A stretch of 64,000 bases of DNA from a virus, in IMG/VR virus record IMGVR_UViG_3300037461_001787, positions 1 to 64,000 of that record; one strand, given 5' to 3'. The position numbers and the translations under genes were made by a program. Positions 30,201 to 39,400 of this stretch are shown here, one piece after another; the stretch's first letter is position 1, and each line of letters opens with the position of its first letter. The notes under the pieces are model-generated. The model was given only the letters and a program-made list of their open reading frames with translations. It did not search any database and was not told where the DNA came from.

Positions 30201-31553
30201 GAGAATGAGGACCCCTATAAGGTATTCCCTGTCACTCCTCCGAAGCATATCGAGCTGTCAAAGTTTGGGAAGGTGATTACCAAAGAGACTGAGCGGCAGG
30301 GCGAGTTTGAAGTGGCGGGGCATGAGGCGATCAAACCACCGCCAGTGTTCAAAGGATTCTTGTGCAAGGGCGCGCGGGTTACGTTGCAGGTGAAGGGGTT
30401 CGAGGGCGAAGGCGCTATATTCCATGGGAATGATCAATTTGGGCAGCCGATCTTCAAATTGGATCATCCACACGGCAAATTGACGGAAATCATTCAGCCG
30501 GATTTCAAAAAGGTGAAATCCGTGGAATCTGGCCCGTCGCACTACAAGCCTTCAACCGCGAAGGTAGCGGATAAGGACATCATCAAACCGACCGCGCATC
30601 AGCAGGCGTTGCTCGATGAGCTGATCGAAAAGACTGCGGTAGTTGGCGGTCATGTTGCCAAGGAATATTCCGACTGGCTGTGGAAGCACGGCCGGGAAGG
30701 CTACGTAGTGGGTGGCGCTATCCGCGATTTGATTTCTATGACTGCGCCGGGGCAAAATCACGCGGACAAAGACATCCTGGAAAAACTCAAGGATGTGGAT
30801 TACGTCATCACGGGTAGCGGCGATACCTCCCGCCAGTGCTTGGTGGCGGTCGCGGGGGGAGACATGGGCGACCTGGCTTGCAATGCCGGTTCAGATAAAT
30901 GGATGACCCATTCGGCGTTATTTTCTGGACCGGGGATCGACATGACGGGCATGGTGTCATTCACGACTTCCGATGGTGAGGGTTGGAAGAATCCGGTCAA
31001 TGGTCAGGAGTGTCCAAATATTCGGGTTGACCACGAAATCCAGAAGGACACAGCGCGGCGTGATTTTACCGTAAACACCCTTTACTACGATCCGCAGAAC
31101 AAGGTCATTATTGACGTGACCGGCATGGGCATCGCTGATGCGCAAGCGCATGTGCTGCGATTGGCGGTTCCGATTTCAGAGATGCCTACCACGCATTCTA
31201 TTTCACTCCGTTATTACAAGTTTCGCTTGCGGGGTTGGGATGGGGATGCCAGTACCCATGCACAATGCCGCAAGCATTTTGACGAGGTTTTCGGCAATCT
31301 CCCGACACAAGCAAAGGCGGGTGTTCTGTACCGGACGATTTGCAAGAAAGGTGGAACACCCGAAGAAAATCTGGAAAAGCTCCGCGCGCTGATGAAGGTT
31401 GATGGCGATGAGGCGCTGTTTGACAAGCATATTCAAAAAGTCTGGAATGCTTTGCTCGAAGACATAAAGAGTATCACGAGTGAATATGCCAAAAAGGAAT
31501 CGGATGCCAAGGCCAAAGCGGAAGAAGCAAAGAAGCAGTTGAAGAAGCATTGA
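27213..31553 (+). CDS. polyvalent protein: MuF-like head morphogenesis domain (intein-split), inorganic pyrophosphatase, and class II (CCA/poly(A)-type) nucleotidyltransferase
   Basis: RIAVTE, CKHC, HPH[intein]CQC (MuF); YG.I.G.EGADGDPLDVF...DE.K (pyrophosphatase); VVGGAIRD, DVD, RRDFTVN (nucleotidyltransferase). Confidence 0.88.
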   Translation: MLLTPEQLQKISAIVEKYHNAFIVSAIGPEAVPPEILQALEKEGLIEGHLNSIEQAYLYGQILGMIQNNATAKMGFDAFQKYLRQHPVPLSEPEQRAVKFAQLQAAGYIKGLGNKVSQTTGQLLINADKALEAKLQKIVRDKTAENIAKRETAKQLKTDLGWASEDWTRDWDRIAVTEKQNSMQFGMADHLASRFGPKGLVAKRTMPDACKHCKRLYDGPDGNPRIFPLSVLLSNGTNVGKKVNDWQAVIGTVHPHCAVIGTMVQTPHGEIAIERLAPGDSILTRHGVGVVSHAWRSWYEGQIVELTLSTGRVLRVTPNHLLFCMPEWREAGSLKAGGELRELTDSSIGKLSTILNTRKVPAGFDKFDSAAVLHGFAANEVPVTVIYLDGEFYLREGPIDMENVEWVAGDRRKGKELRVAEQPAFRFRFHPTTEGLRTGDQVFSRVSLSALGSIGCFQEALITFCPEFWGARDSVATSRDLQPAAYRLHGAQLLKVRMQESGDIEFDPVGAIISEFGPHDAAQFVRPVAIADVRVLGYKGVVYNFTVPGSHTYVTEGVISHNCQCQLIRVPDGYGFDEQGALVPGGQGGKVYKSEEALARALLREDDLQKSISGKDPVIALWELPIHIENKVGTERIWHTPDGGTDSTFMLCAYGEIVGSEGADGDPLDVFIGPDPDAAMVYIIEQQNPETGIWDEQKCLMGFSNQEQAEAAYRLHYNRPERFYLQTNPMVLDAFQRWVGINRLASAEERPAVRLVIPLGPKMGKSQVPAEMGAADSPAGNRAGGHGTATNYLVETPKRRVPEKGKTPGIDPTDLIHDWTEDEEVGDNLKRDKEVYDVSEPLRNVYPIHLPAQAITGQDSAREGTEERRRYVIGNCAKTALRPQDKVELEKSFAMHGVIATGPRGGKIIGWDGPNPIYYREGKETNTPGWMQRLVSHMGGKIVPHLENQDLIVLKVDPQHEGALEQIRKHFQVQNPIIKGKRYTILEVKKTVFEQMENEDPYKVFPVTPPKHIELSKFGKVITKETERQGEFEVAGHEAIKPPPVFKGFLCKGARVTLQVKGFEGEGAIFHGNDQFGQPIFKLDHPHGKLTEIIQPDFKKVKSVESGPSHYKPSTAKVADKDIIKPTAHQQALLDELIEKTAVVGGHVAKEYSDWLWKHGREGYVVGGAIRDLISMTAPGQNHADKDILEKLKDVDYVITGSGDTSRQCLVAVAGGDMGDLACNAGSDKWMTHSALFSGPGIDMTGMVSFTTSDGEGWKNPVNGQECPNIRVDHEIQKDTARRDFTVNTLYYDPQNKVIIDVTGMGIADAQAHVLRLAVPISEMPTTHSISLRYYKFRLRGWDGDASTHAQCRKHFDEVFGNLPTQAKAGVLYRTICKKGGTPEENLEKLRALMKVDGDEALFDKHIQKVWNALLEDIKSITSEYAKKESDAKAKAEEAKKQLKKH
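27981..28898 (+). mobile_element. intein in the MuF HPxC motif, with an inverted endonuclease relic in its centre
   Basis: Cys1 CAVIGT, block B VTPNH, block F VYNFTV, block G ISHN followed by Cys+1; 306 aa; no LAGLIDADG motif. Confidence 0.9.
28270..28430 (-). pseudogene. degenerate DUF559/Vsr-like (PD-(D/E)XK) endonuclease relic, antisense within the intein
   Basis: Minus strand reads HVNRAFTQIKLTIQIDDRNWH...QNRRGIEFVETGWNLARV, compared with the family pattern D.AFP..KLAIE.DG..WH...D..RD..L...GW.V.R. Confidence 0.65.
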
Positions 31554-31567
31554 TCACGGGGAGTGCT

Positions 31568-31861
31568 ATGAACAACGAGAGCGATATGGCGTTGGTGTTG
31601 GTCCCGCGGGGCGATGGCAGTTACGAGCCATTGTTGACTGGGGATACGCTGAAGGACGATATTTTTTGGACCGATGATATCATCTTTCCACACGAGGATG
31701 AGGTGCCGGTCCACTTCGAGGGCGTGACCAGAAAGCTGCCGGTCATCCGCTCACAACCGTCTGGGCGTGAGCCGAGCTACTACGTCGCGCACAGCGTTGC
31801 TTGGAGGTTCATCAATGAAATACGTGATGCCGCTCAAAAAAGCCCTCGCGAAAGCAACTGA
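31568..31861 (+). CDS. hypothetical acidic protein (possible partner or immunity protein)
   Basis: GGGAG RBS; directly follows the nucleotidyltransferase domain. Confidence 0.6.
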   Translation: MNNESDMALVLVPRGDGSYEPLLTGDTLKDDIFWTDDIIFPHEDEVPVHFEGVTRKLPVIRSQPSGREPSYYVAHSVAWRFINEIRDAAQKSPRESN

Positions 31862-32036
31862 GGACAGCGAGGGGTTGCTCACCCCATACGGCATGGCCGT
31901 CGCTCACCGCTATGCCCAGGCCTGGGTGACTCGGGGGCTGCGAGATTTGGAGTTGGAGCGTGAACATCCTGAATTGGCAGGTCTTTTCTGGGATATTAGG
32001 GTTGACCCTGAGCTGGCTCGCGCACATGCGGTTTGA
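31815..32036 (+). CDS. hypothetical protein with LKK|A and LAK|A sites
   Basis: GGAGG RBS with ATG. Confidence 0.55.
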   Translation: MKYVMPLKKALAKATEDSEGLLTPYGMAVAHRYAQAWVTRGLRDLELEREHPELAGLFWDIRVDPELARAHAV

Positions 32037-32084
32037 TGGTGGTGTGTTGGTTTCTGGAAAAATCTCATGATTGGAGATAACTCC

Positions 32085-35000
32085 ATGCTTCCTATGACTA
32101 AATTTTATTTTCTGGAACCTGAACCATTGATCAAGGCCCTCATCAAGATGAAGCCGGTGAAGGTGCAGCTCGGAAGCTGGAAGGGCCTGACCATTATCGG
32201 TATTGGTCCCAGAAACGGGAAGATTGTGGGATACCGTAGTGATGGTAAGCCGATTTACGCTGGTTCTCATGCGGCAGAGCAGTTGGCTCTGATACAAAAA
32301 CAGAAACATACTTACACTCCCGCACAGCAAGATGTGGAACTGGTCAAGTGGCTCCAGGCGCTCGGGCTGCAGGGAGCGGTGGATGCCGAGCAGGTGCATC
32401 TGAGCAAAGAGGGAGCTACGTTGCTCCAGACTGCGTTCGGCGTGACGCCAGCGGCCCTCGGAGGGGGGAAGTGGGGAATTGGCAAGGCTCTACTACTTCC
32501 CCATCTAGGAGAGCCTCTAAAGCCCACTGAGGAGCATATCACGGGATGGGCAGCGCAGATGGCTGCGGGAGATCAGGATGAGGTTTTCCCACCTCTGCAC
32601 ACTTTGAAGGAAATACCTGCGGGGAAGTTTGTTGGCTCGCACAACAATCAGTTATTTTTGGACAAGAGTGGGAAAAAATGGGTATTCAAGCCTGCTGACC
32701 CTACTATTGCGCGAGCAGAGGAAGCTGCTTCCAGAATTGGGCGGTTGTTGCTGGGCGATCGCATTCCCGCTGCCAAATATGTGGATGTAAAAGGAAAAGG
32801 TGGGGTGCTCATCCAAGTTCTGGATGGGGAAGTATGGCAGGAATCGTCGAGCCAACATTCTGACCCACAGTTGTCCTACCTCAAAAAATACGCAGAGCAG
32901 GTGGTGCAGCATGAGGTGGTCGATTGGCTGATCAGCAATCATGATTCCCACGCGGGCAATTTTTTGGCCGACGGGGAGAAGCTGGTAGCCATCGACAAGG
33001 GGCAGGCGTGGAAATGGATTGGGAACGACGTGCTTGATCCAGCGTATAAAGGGAGCAACCCAAGTTATCAGATTTACAATAAATTTTGGGAATCGGTGAA
33101 GCAAGGGAAAATCGGATCCGTTGGGCTCGTGGAGGCCGTAGCTGAAATAGTGAATCGTGCGGAAAAGATTTCTCCCGAGCAGTTTGCGTTACTCGTAGCG
33201 CCTTATGTATCGACGTGGGCGGGTGGGAAGGATGCCGACCCACATGAGCGTCTCCAGAAAATGGTTTCCAGATTGACCAATCTGAGGGGCGACTTCGAGC
33301 AATTTTTGAGTTCACAGCTTCAAAAACCGATCACACTGCCTAAGCCATCGGCGGTGCAGGTGAATTGGGAAACTCCGCCGGTACAGCCGCTGGGGGAAGA
33401 AAAAGGCAAAGTAAAACAGGAAGAAAAGCCGCAACCAGTCCAATTGACGACGCCGGCGTCAGAAAGCCAGCCTATTTTGCAGGAAGTGGAACATACTCCC
33501 GTTTTGTCGGCCAAACCAGCGGCGGGTTGGCCGCTGACGAAAAAGGGTGCGAAGACGGTGCAGGTAACTGTGCACCATCCGGGGCAGGTGCCTCCCACCA
33601 ATTGGCCGGTGGGGACGCCTGGGCCCGCTATGCATCTTACTTGCGGGTACAAAGGGGCACAGTATTCCTTGATGGTCGGGGAGGACATGGCGGCCAAAAA
33701 GCCGATCTTCACGGTGACCTATCCCAACGGTGACAAGGCGGATTTTAGCTCGCTGAATGCGGCGGGAGATTCGCTCTATCTGTACAATAAGGGGCTGCCT
33801 CTCAATCTGACTGCGACTGAAAAAAAGAAGCAGGGCATCAGCTTGGGCAGCAAGGTCTTTCAGCTCAAGCTCTTTGAGCAGGAGTTGGCCGAAGCTTACG
33901 GGAAGAAGGATGAGCCGGTGCCGGTAGCGGTGGCGACCCCCGAGCAGCTCGAAGAGCAGAAGGTCATTGAGCCCGAGCAAAAGCAGGCGACGGCGTTCCA
34001 GTTGCTGACCACGGCACAGCCAGCAGGCACGGTGCTGTCGATGTACGATCCAGCGCTGCCGCAGGAAATCAAAGAGTTCACGCTTGCGCATTCTGGCAAG
34101 AATCAGTTGAGCGGGGATTGGGATTTGGCGCTCACGCCCGGGCAAGTGGTGATTGGCAAGCACGACTTTTTTGGAGGTCCGGTTATTTTTGCAGCGAGGT
34201 TGTCGAAGGAAGGTAAGCCCGAGCTTTGGGGTTGGTGGGAAGGAGTCGAAGGAGCGCCGCAAAGCGGCCAATGGACGGGCGCGACGGCAAAGGTATTTCT
34301 GGAAAGTTTGGGGTTGAAAAACAACCCCGCCCTCGCCCAGGCCAAAAAGGAGTACGAGCAGGCGGTGCAGTTTGAGGCATCGCATTCTGACCCTATTGGT
34401 TCTCCACCGGAGGTAGTGCTTCCAGAAAGCGCGACAGTTCCAGAAACCGCGCCGAAGTTCACGGCGGGACCGCTTGCCGCGGGCACAACGATCAAGGTCA
34501 AAAAGAAGGTTCCGGGATACGACAAAAAGCAAGAGGTCGTGCTCACCGCGCTGCAGAATGGCAAGTTGCTGGTCGAAATTCCGGGGCAAACCGCACAGAC
34601 TTTTGACACGCTTTCGGCTGCAAGTGATCATGTCTGGGTTGTCCAGAAAGGATACACCGATGCGGCAGATTACAAAGCTCAAAACAAAACTAATAAAGTA
34701 CCCTCTGGGGGTGGCTGGAAGTTTTGGGGTGTCAGCCCGACGACAGCAACAGTTGGCGCGGGCGATCAATTGGGTGCTGGAGCTGTTGCTGCTCCTTCTG
34801 TTGCTGGGAATGATCTACCAGCTGTTGGAGCACCCGCCGAAGTTCCTGCTCCCGCTGGAGTGACGGCTCCTGCAGAGGCCAAAGAACAGGGCAAGGTGCC
34901 GTTCGATGCAGCGCTTGGAGAAAAGGACAGCCAAGGCTGGCAGGCGTTGAAAACGGCAACTACCCCAGTGATTGATGCGTTGCCAGCGGGGACAGTTCTT

Positions 35001-38000
35001 TCGTGGCCGAGCCATTGGCAGCAGGGCAACCACCAGGCCAAGAAAGAGGCAGATGGAAGTTGGGACTTTATTGCTGCGCCAAATCCTCAGATGGGCCCAT
35101 TTGGGAAGCAGAGCCTGTATCAGCTAATGGCTTATGTGTCCCTATCCGTTGGCGCAGGCCATCAGCCAAAAGTGAAGTTGCCGAATGAAGGCGGGCCGGA
35201 AGCTGCATCGGCTGCGCCAGTTCCAGAAAATTCCAAAACTGATCAGCAGGTGGCGTTGGTTGACGAAATCAAAGCCACAGTGAAGTTGCCGAAGCTTGCC
35301 GGGTTTGCGAAAACGGTTCAGTTGTTGAAGGATTTGCCCACGGGGATTGTGCTCAAAACAAAATCTGGTCTGGGGACGCAGTACGCTTACGCGAAGCAAG
35401 CCGATGGCACATGGTCAGTGAGTGGAGGGCTTACGACCGTTTCTAATTTTGCGATCGATGCCCTTGCGGCTGATTTGTGTTCTGAGAATGAGATTATTGT
35501 CGGCTTCACCCCCGCAAGCGAAGTAGCGCCGATTGTCCCTACGAGCGAAAAGTTCCCCACGGACGTGGTGGCGTTTTCTCAGTTGCCTGTCGGGACCTTT
35601 GTGCAGACCAAGGCGAATTGGGGCGCGATCACCAAATGCGTCAAAAAAGCGGACAACAAATGGGAAGTCACATTGGAGTCGGGGGAGTCGGTTACCTATA
35701 GCGACATAGATGCGTTCAATCTGATCAGCGCTGAAAAACTCGACACCTGGAATCCGAAAGGAGAGGTTTTATTCGCGCCAGAACAGGCGCCAGAATCGGG
35801 AGCATCCAACTGGCCATGGTTTGAGCTGCATCCAACAGAGGCAGCGGATAAAGTCAAACCGGATATCGAGGTCGGGGGAAAAGAATTCGACAAGCTGCCA
35901 GCGGGTACCAAACTACAGTTTGTGAAAGACAAGGGGCCGAATGCCCTCTTGCACACGGCGGTCAAGAACGACGAAGGAAAATGGGATTTCAAGTTTGCGC
36001 AAGGCATCAAAGAGACCTATTCCAATGCTACTGCAAAGATTGCGCTGGGGCATCTCAATGTGGGCATCAAACAGCTTGTCGGGCCGGGCAAAGATTTCAT
36101 CGAAGATGCAGCACCAAAACTGCAAGAGCCTAGCATTCCCCCAGGTCTCATTGCGCAGGATGTAGCTACGTTGCCATTGAACATTGAGAATTTTGTGGGT
36201 TTGCCTGTTGGCACTGTGGTGACAACGATCAGCAACGTGGGCTCGGGTTGGACTTACACCAAAACCGATACGGATACGTGGCAAGCGCAAAAGGGGGGAA
36301 CAGAGAACATTTTTTCTGGAATGATGAGCGCAACAGTTTTGGGGGATCTGAAGGACGAGCACATATTGACGTATGCCATCCCGTCTGTTGCGGATATTCC
36401 TGCCCCAATAAAGCCAGCGCAGAAGCTCGATAGCATCGTGAGCTACGTTGATCTGCCCGCGGCGGCTAAAGACGCTATGACCACAGTGATGGTCAATATT
36501 TTGAAGCTTCACAAAAACGATCCGACCAAATTGCAAAAGCCGAGCAATTGGCCGGCATGGGTACCGCCCACAGCGCTTATTCTCAAGGGCGTGATCGACG
36601 GCAAAGAGTTTTACGTTTTCAATTCGGCGATGGCCAAGAACAATGACGGATCACCGGCTACGCAATTTCGGTTTTCTGTGGTGCTGCCTGACGGCACTTT
36701 TTACACTGGAGTGCCAGATGAAAAGCCAATAATGGCGTTGGGCTCAGCCATGCAGCAGGCCGGAATTACGGCCAGTGGCATCGACGCCAAAGAGGCGCTC
36801 GGGTTGTATGGGGTGAGTTTTCCAACGGGCGCGACTGAAGCGGATCCATTTCTGGAAAAAGCATCTCCTGCTATTGGAGCGCTCAAACCGGTAGAGCAGA
36901 TGACCCCGGTGGAGAAGACCGCCAAAGTCAAAACCAACATGCCGCTCAAGCAAGCGCTCAAAATGCATCCGGGCCTGCAAGCGGGAACGCTCAAGGTGAA
37001 AAAGGCCAAGGGCGATGCGATGTATATTTGCTTGGATGGTGTCGAAGGGGCCAGCACCAAACTCTACGAGGCTCTCCAGGACCTCGGAGTGGCGCACGCG
37101 ATCAAGAATGTTGGTGGCATGCCCAAAGTCAACGCGAAGGGAGCTTTTGTAACGGTCGATAATTGGGTGCTTGATCAGGAAGTGACTGTGGAGACCACAG
37201 CGCTTGCTGCTTCCAGCGCGCAACATGCGCCGAGCGATCCCAATTGGCAGACGATGCCCAAAGCCAAAACGAAAAAGCAAACCAAGAAGCAGATCCAAGC
37301 GGCCAAAGAAGCGCAGCAGAAAATGGCAGAGGCCAAGGCCAAGGCTGGGCAGATCAAGGTCTGGGGAGAGCAGCATCCGCCAGTTTCCGATGCGGCTGAT
37401 CTGCAGTTGCTCGCTTATGTGCAGAAGGGATTTGATCTGTTTGGTATCCCTTACGGGGCCATTGCTCGGGCGGGGGATGGCAAGATATTTCTGGGCCACA
37501 AGACGCACTACGAGCAGCTTAAGAAATATTTGACGCAGCTCGATGCGGGTAAGGGCGCGGTTGTCCCGGTGAAGACTCCGCTGGGCGAGATGCTCTCGGT
37601 TGATCTTGTGCAGCTCAAACCGGCGTTGGAGAGCTTTAGTGGTCTGCCGATTGGTGGAGTGATCAAAGGGCCTGACGGGAAGGAATACCCGGCTGGAACT
37701 ACGTTCCAGAAAAAGGTGGTTGAGACCACGGTTGCGCAGTTGTTACCCGGAGAGCCGGGATTCTACAAGATCATGGATCACAAGGCTGAGCCCAACGTGC
37801 TTGGCTTGATCAAGATTTCTGGGACTGGCGCTGAGCAGATCGCGCAAATGAAAGCGATGATCGAGAAGTATGGGCTCGAAGGGCCTTTCCCGGCGCCGAA
37901 GGCTTCAGAGAATTCCATTATTCACTCGGTCTACAAAAAGTCGCTCCAGAAAATCTGGAAGACGGAGGAAGTGCATACGCCTACGATCCCAGAACAGCCG

Positions 38001-39398
38001 GCGGCTTTTGTCGCGGGGTCGTTGCCTTATTCTGAGCCCGCGAAGGTATGGGAGGAAGTTGGGGATGGGTCGGGGGATCTGGCCAATATCGCGGCGGTGA
38101 AACCGGCGTTGTTTGGGACCGTGTTGCGCATTGGCGCTCCAGGACAATTGCGTGATTTCAGCATTCGCTACCGTAAGGTCAAGGATCCCAATGGCAAACT
38201 CTACTATGAGTTCACTGGGGATCTGGTGACCTTCAATGGGTTGGGTACGGGATTGCAGTCGGGGACGGTCAAATACGCTTCTACCCAAAACAAGCCGATG
38301 TCTGGGATGGGTGAGAAGAGCGTCAAGGTGATGGACTATGATCCAGCCACGGGCGTGCATACAGAAGCGTCGGAAATCGGTGACGGACCTGACCCCAAAG
38401 GATTTTTCGGTACCACTGAGGCGGGCAGCTCGATTTCAGTTGTTCCGCCCAGCAGTGATCAAGATACGCTAAAAAACACATTCCGCGTGCGTATCCCGAT
38501 GGAGTTGGATCCGGTGGCGGAGTTGCGTGCGGCATTCCAGAAAATGGGTAAGGACCCCGATTTGGTGCTGGCTTCGATCAACGAAGACAGTGATCGCATT
38601 TTCAAAAAATCAATGTACGTTCGCGGTCTGATGGGAGCCAGTGGGTGGAATGAGGGGCAATTTACTCCGGAATTGATGCACAATGAGGAGTGGCTGGATG
38701 CACAGCTTGCAAAATTCGGGGCCAAAACGAAGGCCCAGAATTTGAAAGTGGTGAAAACATTCGATAACCAAGTTTCTGTAGTGGCTGATGATGTCGAGAA
38801 GTTCGCAGAGTGGAACTTCGCCTATGTGGGCTCAAAGTCGTTTGGGACAACACTCCAGCTGCTACAAGGTTCAGGCTGGTCCAGTCGGCGCAATCGATTG
38901 CTGCACGGAGTCTGGAACGGGGGGCAATCAGCGGGAGCTGATTTCCAAAACGGAGGAGCGAAAGGGACTTTCTTTCGCATCGCAGGTCCGGGGAAAGCGA
39001 TGCTCAGTTCCTATGAATGCCAGATCATTGTTCATCCACGGGTATTTCAGCGCACTGACTGGTGGCGATACAACCAAGATGGGTACGGCAACACCTCCTC
39101 ATACAACCAACATGGTGCTCCTGTGGCTAAATCTCCCAAACGGTATACGGGGGAATTGTCCACCACCAATGAGATCATTTTTGAAGGCGGTGTTTCCGCC
39201 CAGGACATTGTTGCGGTGGTCGTAAACGATGACACGCAACGCGCGGACATGATAGCCAAGCTCCAGGCGGCGGGGATTACTGAGCTGAATGGAAAACCGC
39301 TCAACGAGGTAATTATTCCGGAAGTCTACAAAGGCGCCAATGCATATGGAAACTCGGATGCCTTTGCCAAGGTGTTGGGGATCAAGAAAGGCGAGTAG
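32085..39398 (+). CDS. giant polyvalent protein: HipA/PI3K-like kinase, RAMA-like domain(s), 5 LP.GT..K..D..W repeats, C-terminal putative ADP-ribosyltransferase-like domain
   Basis: WVFKP, AE..A, DWLISNHDSHAGNFL, AIDKG kinase motifs; FDTLSAAS...GW.FW; C-terminal S..AD..GGA..FFR...NEIIF. The kinase is well supported; the ART call is tentative. Confidence 0.8.
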   Translation: MLPMTKFYFLEPEPLIKALIKMKPVKVQLGSWKGLTIIGIGPRNGKIVGYRSDGKPIYAGSHAAEQLALIQKQKHTYTPAQQDVELVKWLQALGLQGAVDAEQVHLSKEGATLLQTAFGVTPAALGGGKWGIGKALLLPHLGEPLKPTEEHITGWAAQMAAGDQDEVFPPLHTLKEIPAGKFVGSHNNQLFLDKSGKKWVFKPADPTIARAEEAASRIGRLLLGDRIPAAKYVDVKGKGGVLIQVLDGEVWQESSSQHSDPQLSYLKKYAEQVVQHEVVDWLISNHDSHAGNFLADGEKLVAIDKGQAWKWIGNDVLDPAYKGSNPSYQIYNKFWESVKQGKIGSVGLVEAVAEIVNRAEKISPEQFALLVAPYVSTWAGGKDADPHERLQKMVSRLTNLRGDFEQFLSSQLQKPITLPKPSAVQVNWETPPVQPLGEEKGKVKQEEKPQPVQLTTPASESQPILQEVEHTPVLSAKPAAGWPLTKKGAKTVQVTVHHPGQVPPTNWPVGTPGPAMHLTCGYKGAQYSLMVGEDMAAKKPIFTVTYPNGDKADFSSLNAAGDSLYLYNKGLPLNLTATEKKKQGISLGSKVFQLKLFEQELAEAYGKKDEPVPVAVATPEQLEEQKVIEPEQKQATAFQLLTTAQPAGTVLSMYDPALPQEIKEFTLAHSGKNQLSGDWDLALTPGQVVIGKHDFFGGPVIFAARLSKEGKPELWGWWEGVEGAPQSGQWTGATAKVFLESLGLKNNPALAQAKKEYEQAVQFEASHSDPIGSPPEVVLPESATVPETAPKFTAGPLAAGTTIKVKKKVPGYDKKQEVVLTALQNGKLLVEIPGQTAQTFDTLSAASDHVWVVQKGYTDAADYKAQNKTNKVPSGGGWKFWGVSPTTATVGAGDQLGAGAVAAPSVAGNDLPAVGAPAEVPAPAGVTAPAEAKEQGKVPFDAALGEKDSQGWQALKTATTPVIDALPAGTVLSWPSHWQQGNHQAKKEADGSWDFIAAPNPQMGPFGKQSLYQLMAYVSLSVGAGHQPKVKLPNEGGPEAASAAPVPENSKTDQQVALVDEIKATVKLPKLAGFAKTVQLLKDLPTGIVLKTKSGLGTQYAYAKQADGTWSVSGGLTTVSNFAIDALAADLCSENEIIVGFTPASEVAPIVPTSEKFPTDVVAFSQLPVGTFVQTKANWGAITKCVKKADNKWEVTLESGESVTYSDIDAFNLISAEKLDTWNPKGEVLFAPEQAPESGASNWPWFELHPTEAADKVKPDIEVGGKEFDKLPAGTKLQFVKDKGPNALLHTAVKNDEGKWDFKFAQGIKETYSNATAKIALGHLNVGIKQLVGPGKDFIEDAAPKLQEPSIPPGLIAQDVATLPLNIENFVGLPVGTVVTTISNVGSGWTYTKTDTDTWQAQKGGTENIFSGMMSATVLGDLKDEHILTYAIPSVADIPAPIKPAQKLDSIVSYVDLPAAAKDAMTTVMVNILKLHKNDPTKLQKPSNWPAWVPPTALILKGVIDGKEFYVFNSAMAKNNDGSPATQFRFSVVLPDGTFYTGVPDEKPIMALGSAMQQAGITASGIDAKEALGLYGVSFPTGATEADPFLEKASPAIGALKPVEQMTPVEKTAKVKTNMPLKQALKMHPGLQAGTLKVKKAKGDAMYICLDGVEGASTKLYEALQDLGVAHAIKNVGGMPKVNAKGAFVTVDNWVLDQEVTVETTALAASSAQHAPSDPNWQTMPKAKTKKQTKKQIQAAKEAQQKMAEAKAKAGQIKVWGEQHPPVSDAADLQLLAYVQKGFDLFGIPYGAIARAGDGKIFLGHKTHYEQLKKYLTQLDAGKGAVVPVKTPLGEMLSVDLVQLKPALESFSGLPIGGVIKGPDGKEYPAGTTFQKKVVETTVAQLLPGEPGFYKIMDHKAEPNVLGLIKISGTGAEQIAQMKAMIEKYGLEGPFPAPKASENSIIHSVYKKSLQKIWKTEEVHTPTIPEQPAAFVAGSLPYSEPAKVWEEVGDGSGDLANIAAVKPALFGTVLRIGAPGQLRDFSIRYRKVKDPNGKLYYEFTGDLVTFNGLGTGLQSGTVKYASTQNKPMSGMGEKSVKVMDYDPATGVHTEASEIGDGPDPKGFFGTTEAGSSISVVPPSSDQDTLKNTFRVRIPMELDPVAELRAAFQKMGKDPDLVLASINEDSDRIFKKSMYVRGLMGASGWNEGQFTPELMHNEEWLDAQLAKFGAKTKAQNLKVVKTFDNQVSVVADDVEKFAEWNFAYVGSKSFGTTLQLLQGSGWSSRRNRLLHGVWNGGQSAGADFQNGGAKGTFFRIAGPGKAMLSSYECQIIVHPRVFQRTDWWRYNQDGYGNTSSYNQHGAPVAKSPKRYTGELSTTNEIIFEGGVSAQDIVAVVVNDDTQRADMIAKLQAAGITELNGKPLNEVIIPEVYKGANAYGNSDAFAKVLGIKKGE

Positions 39399-39400
39399 CT

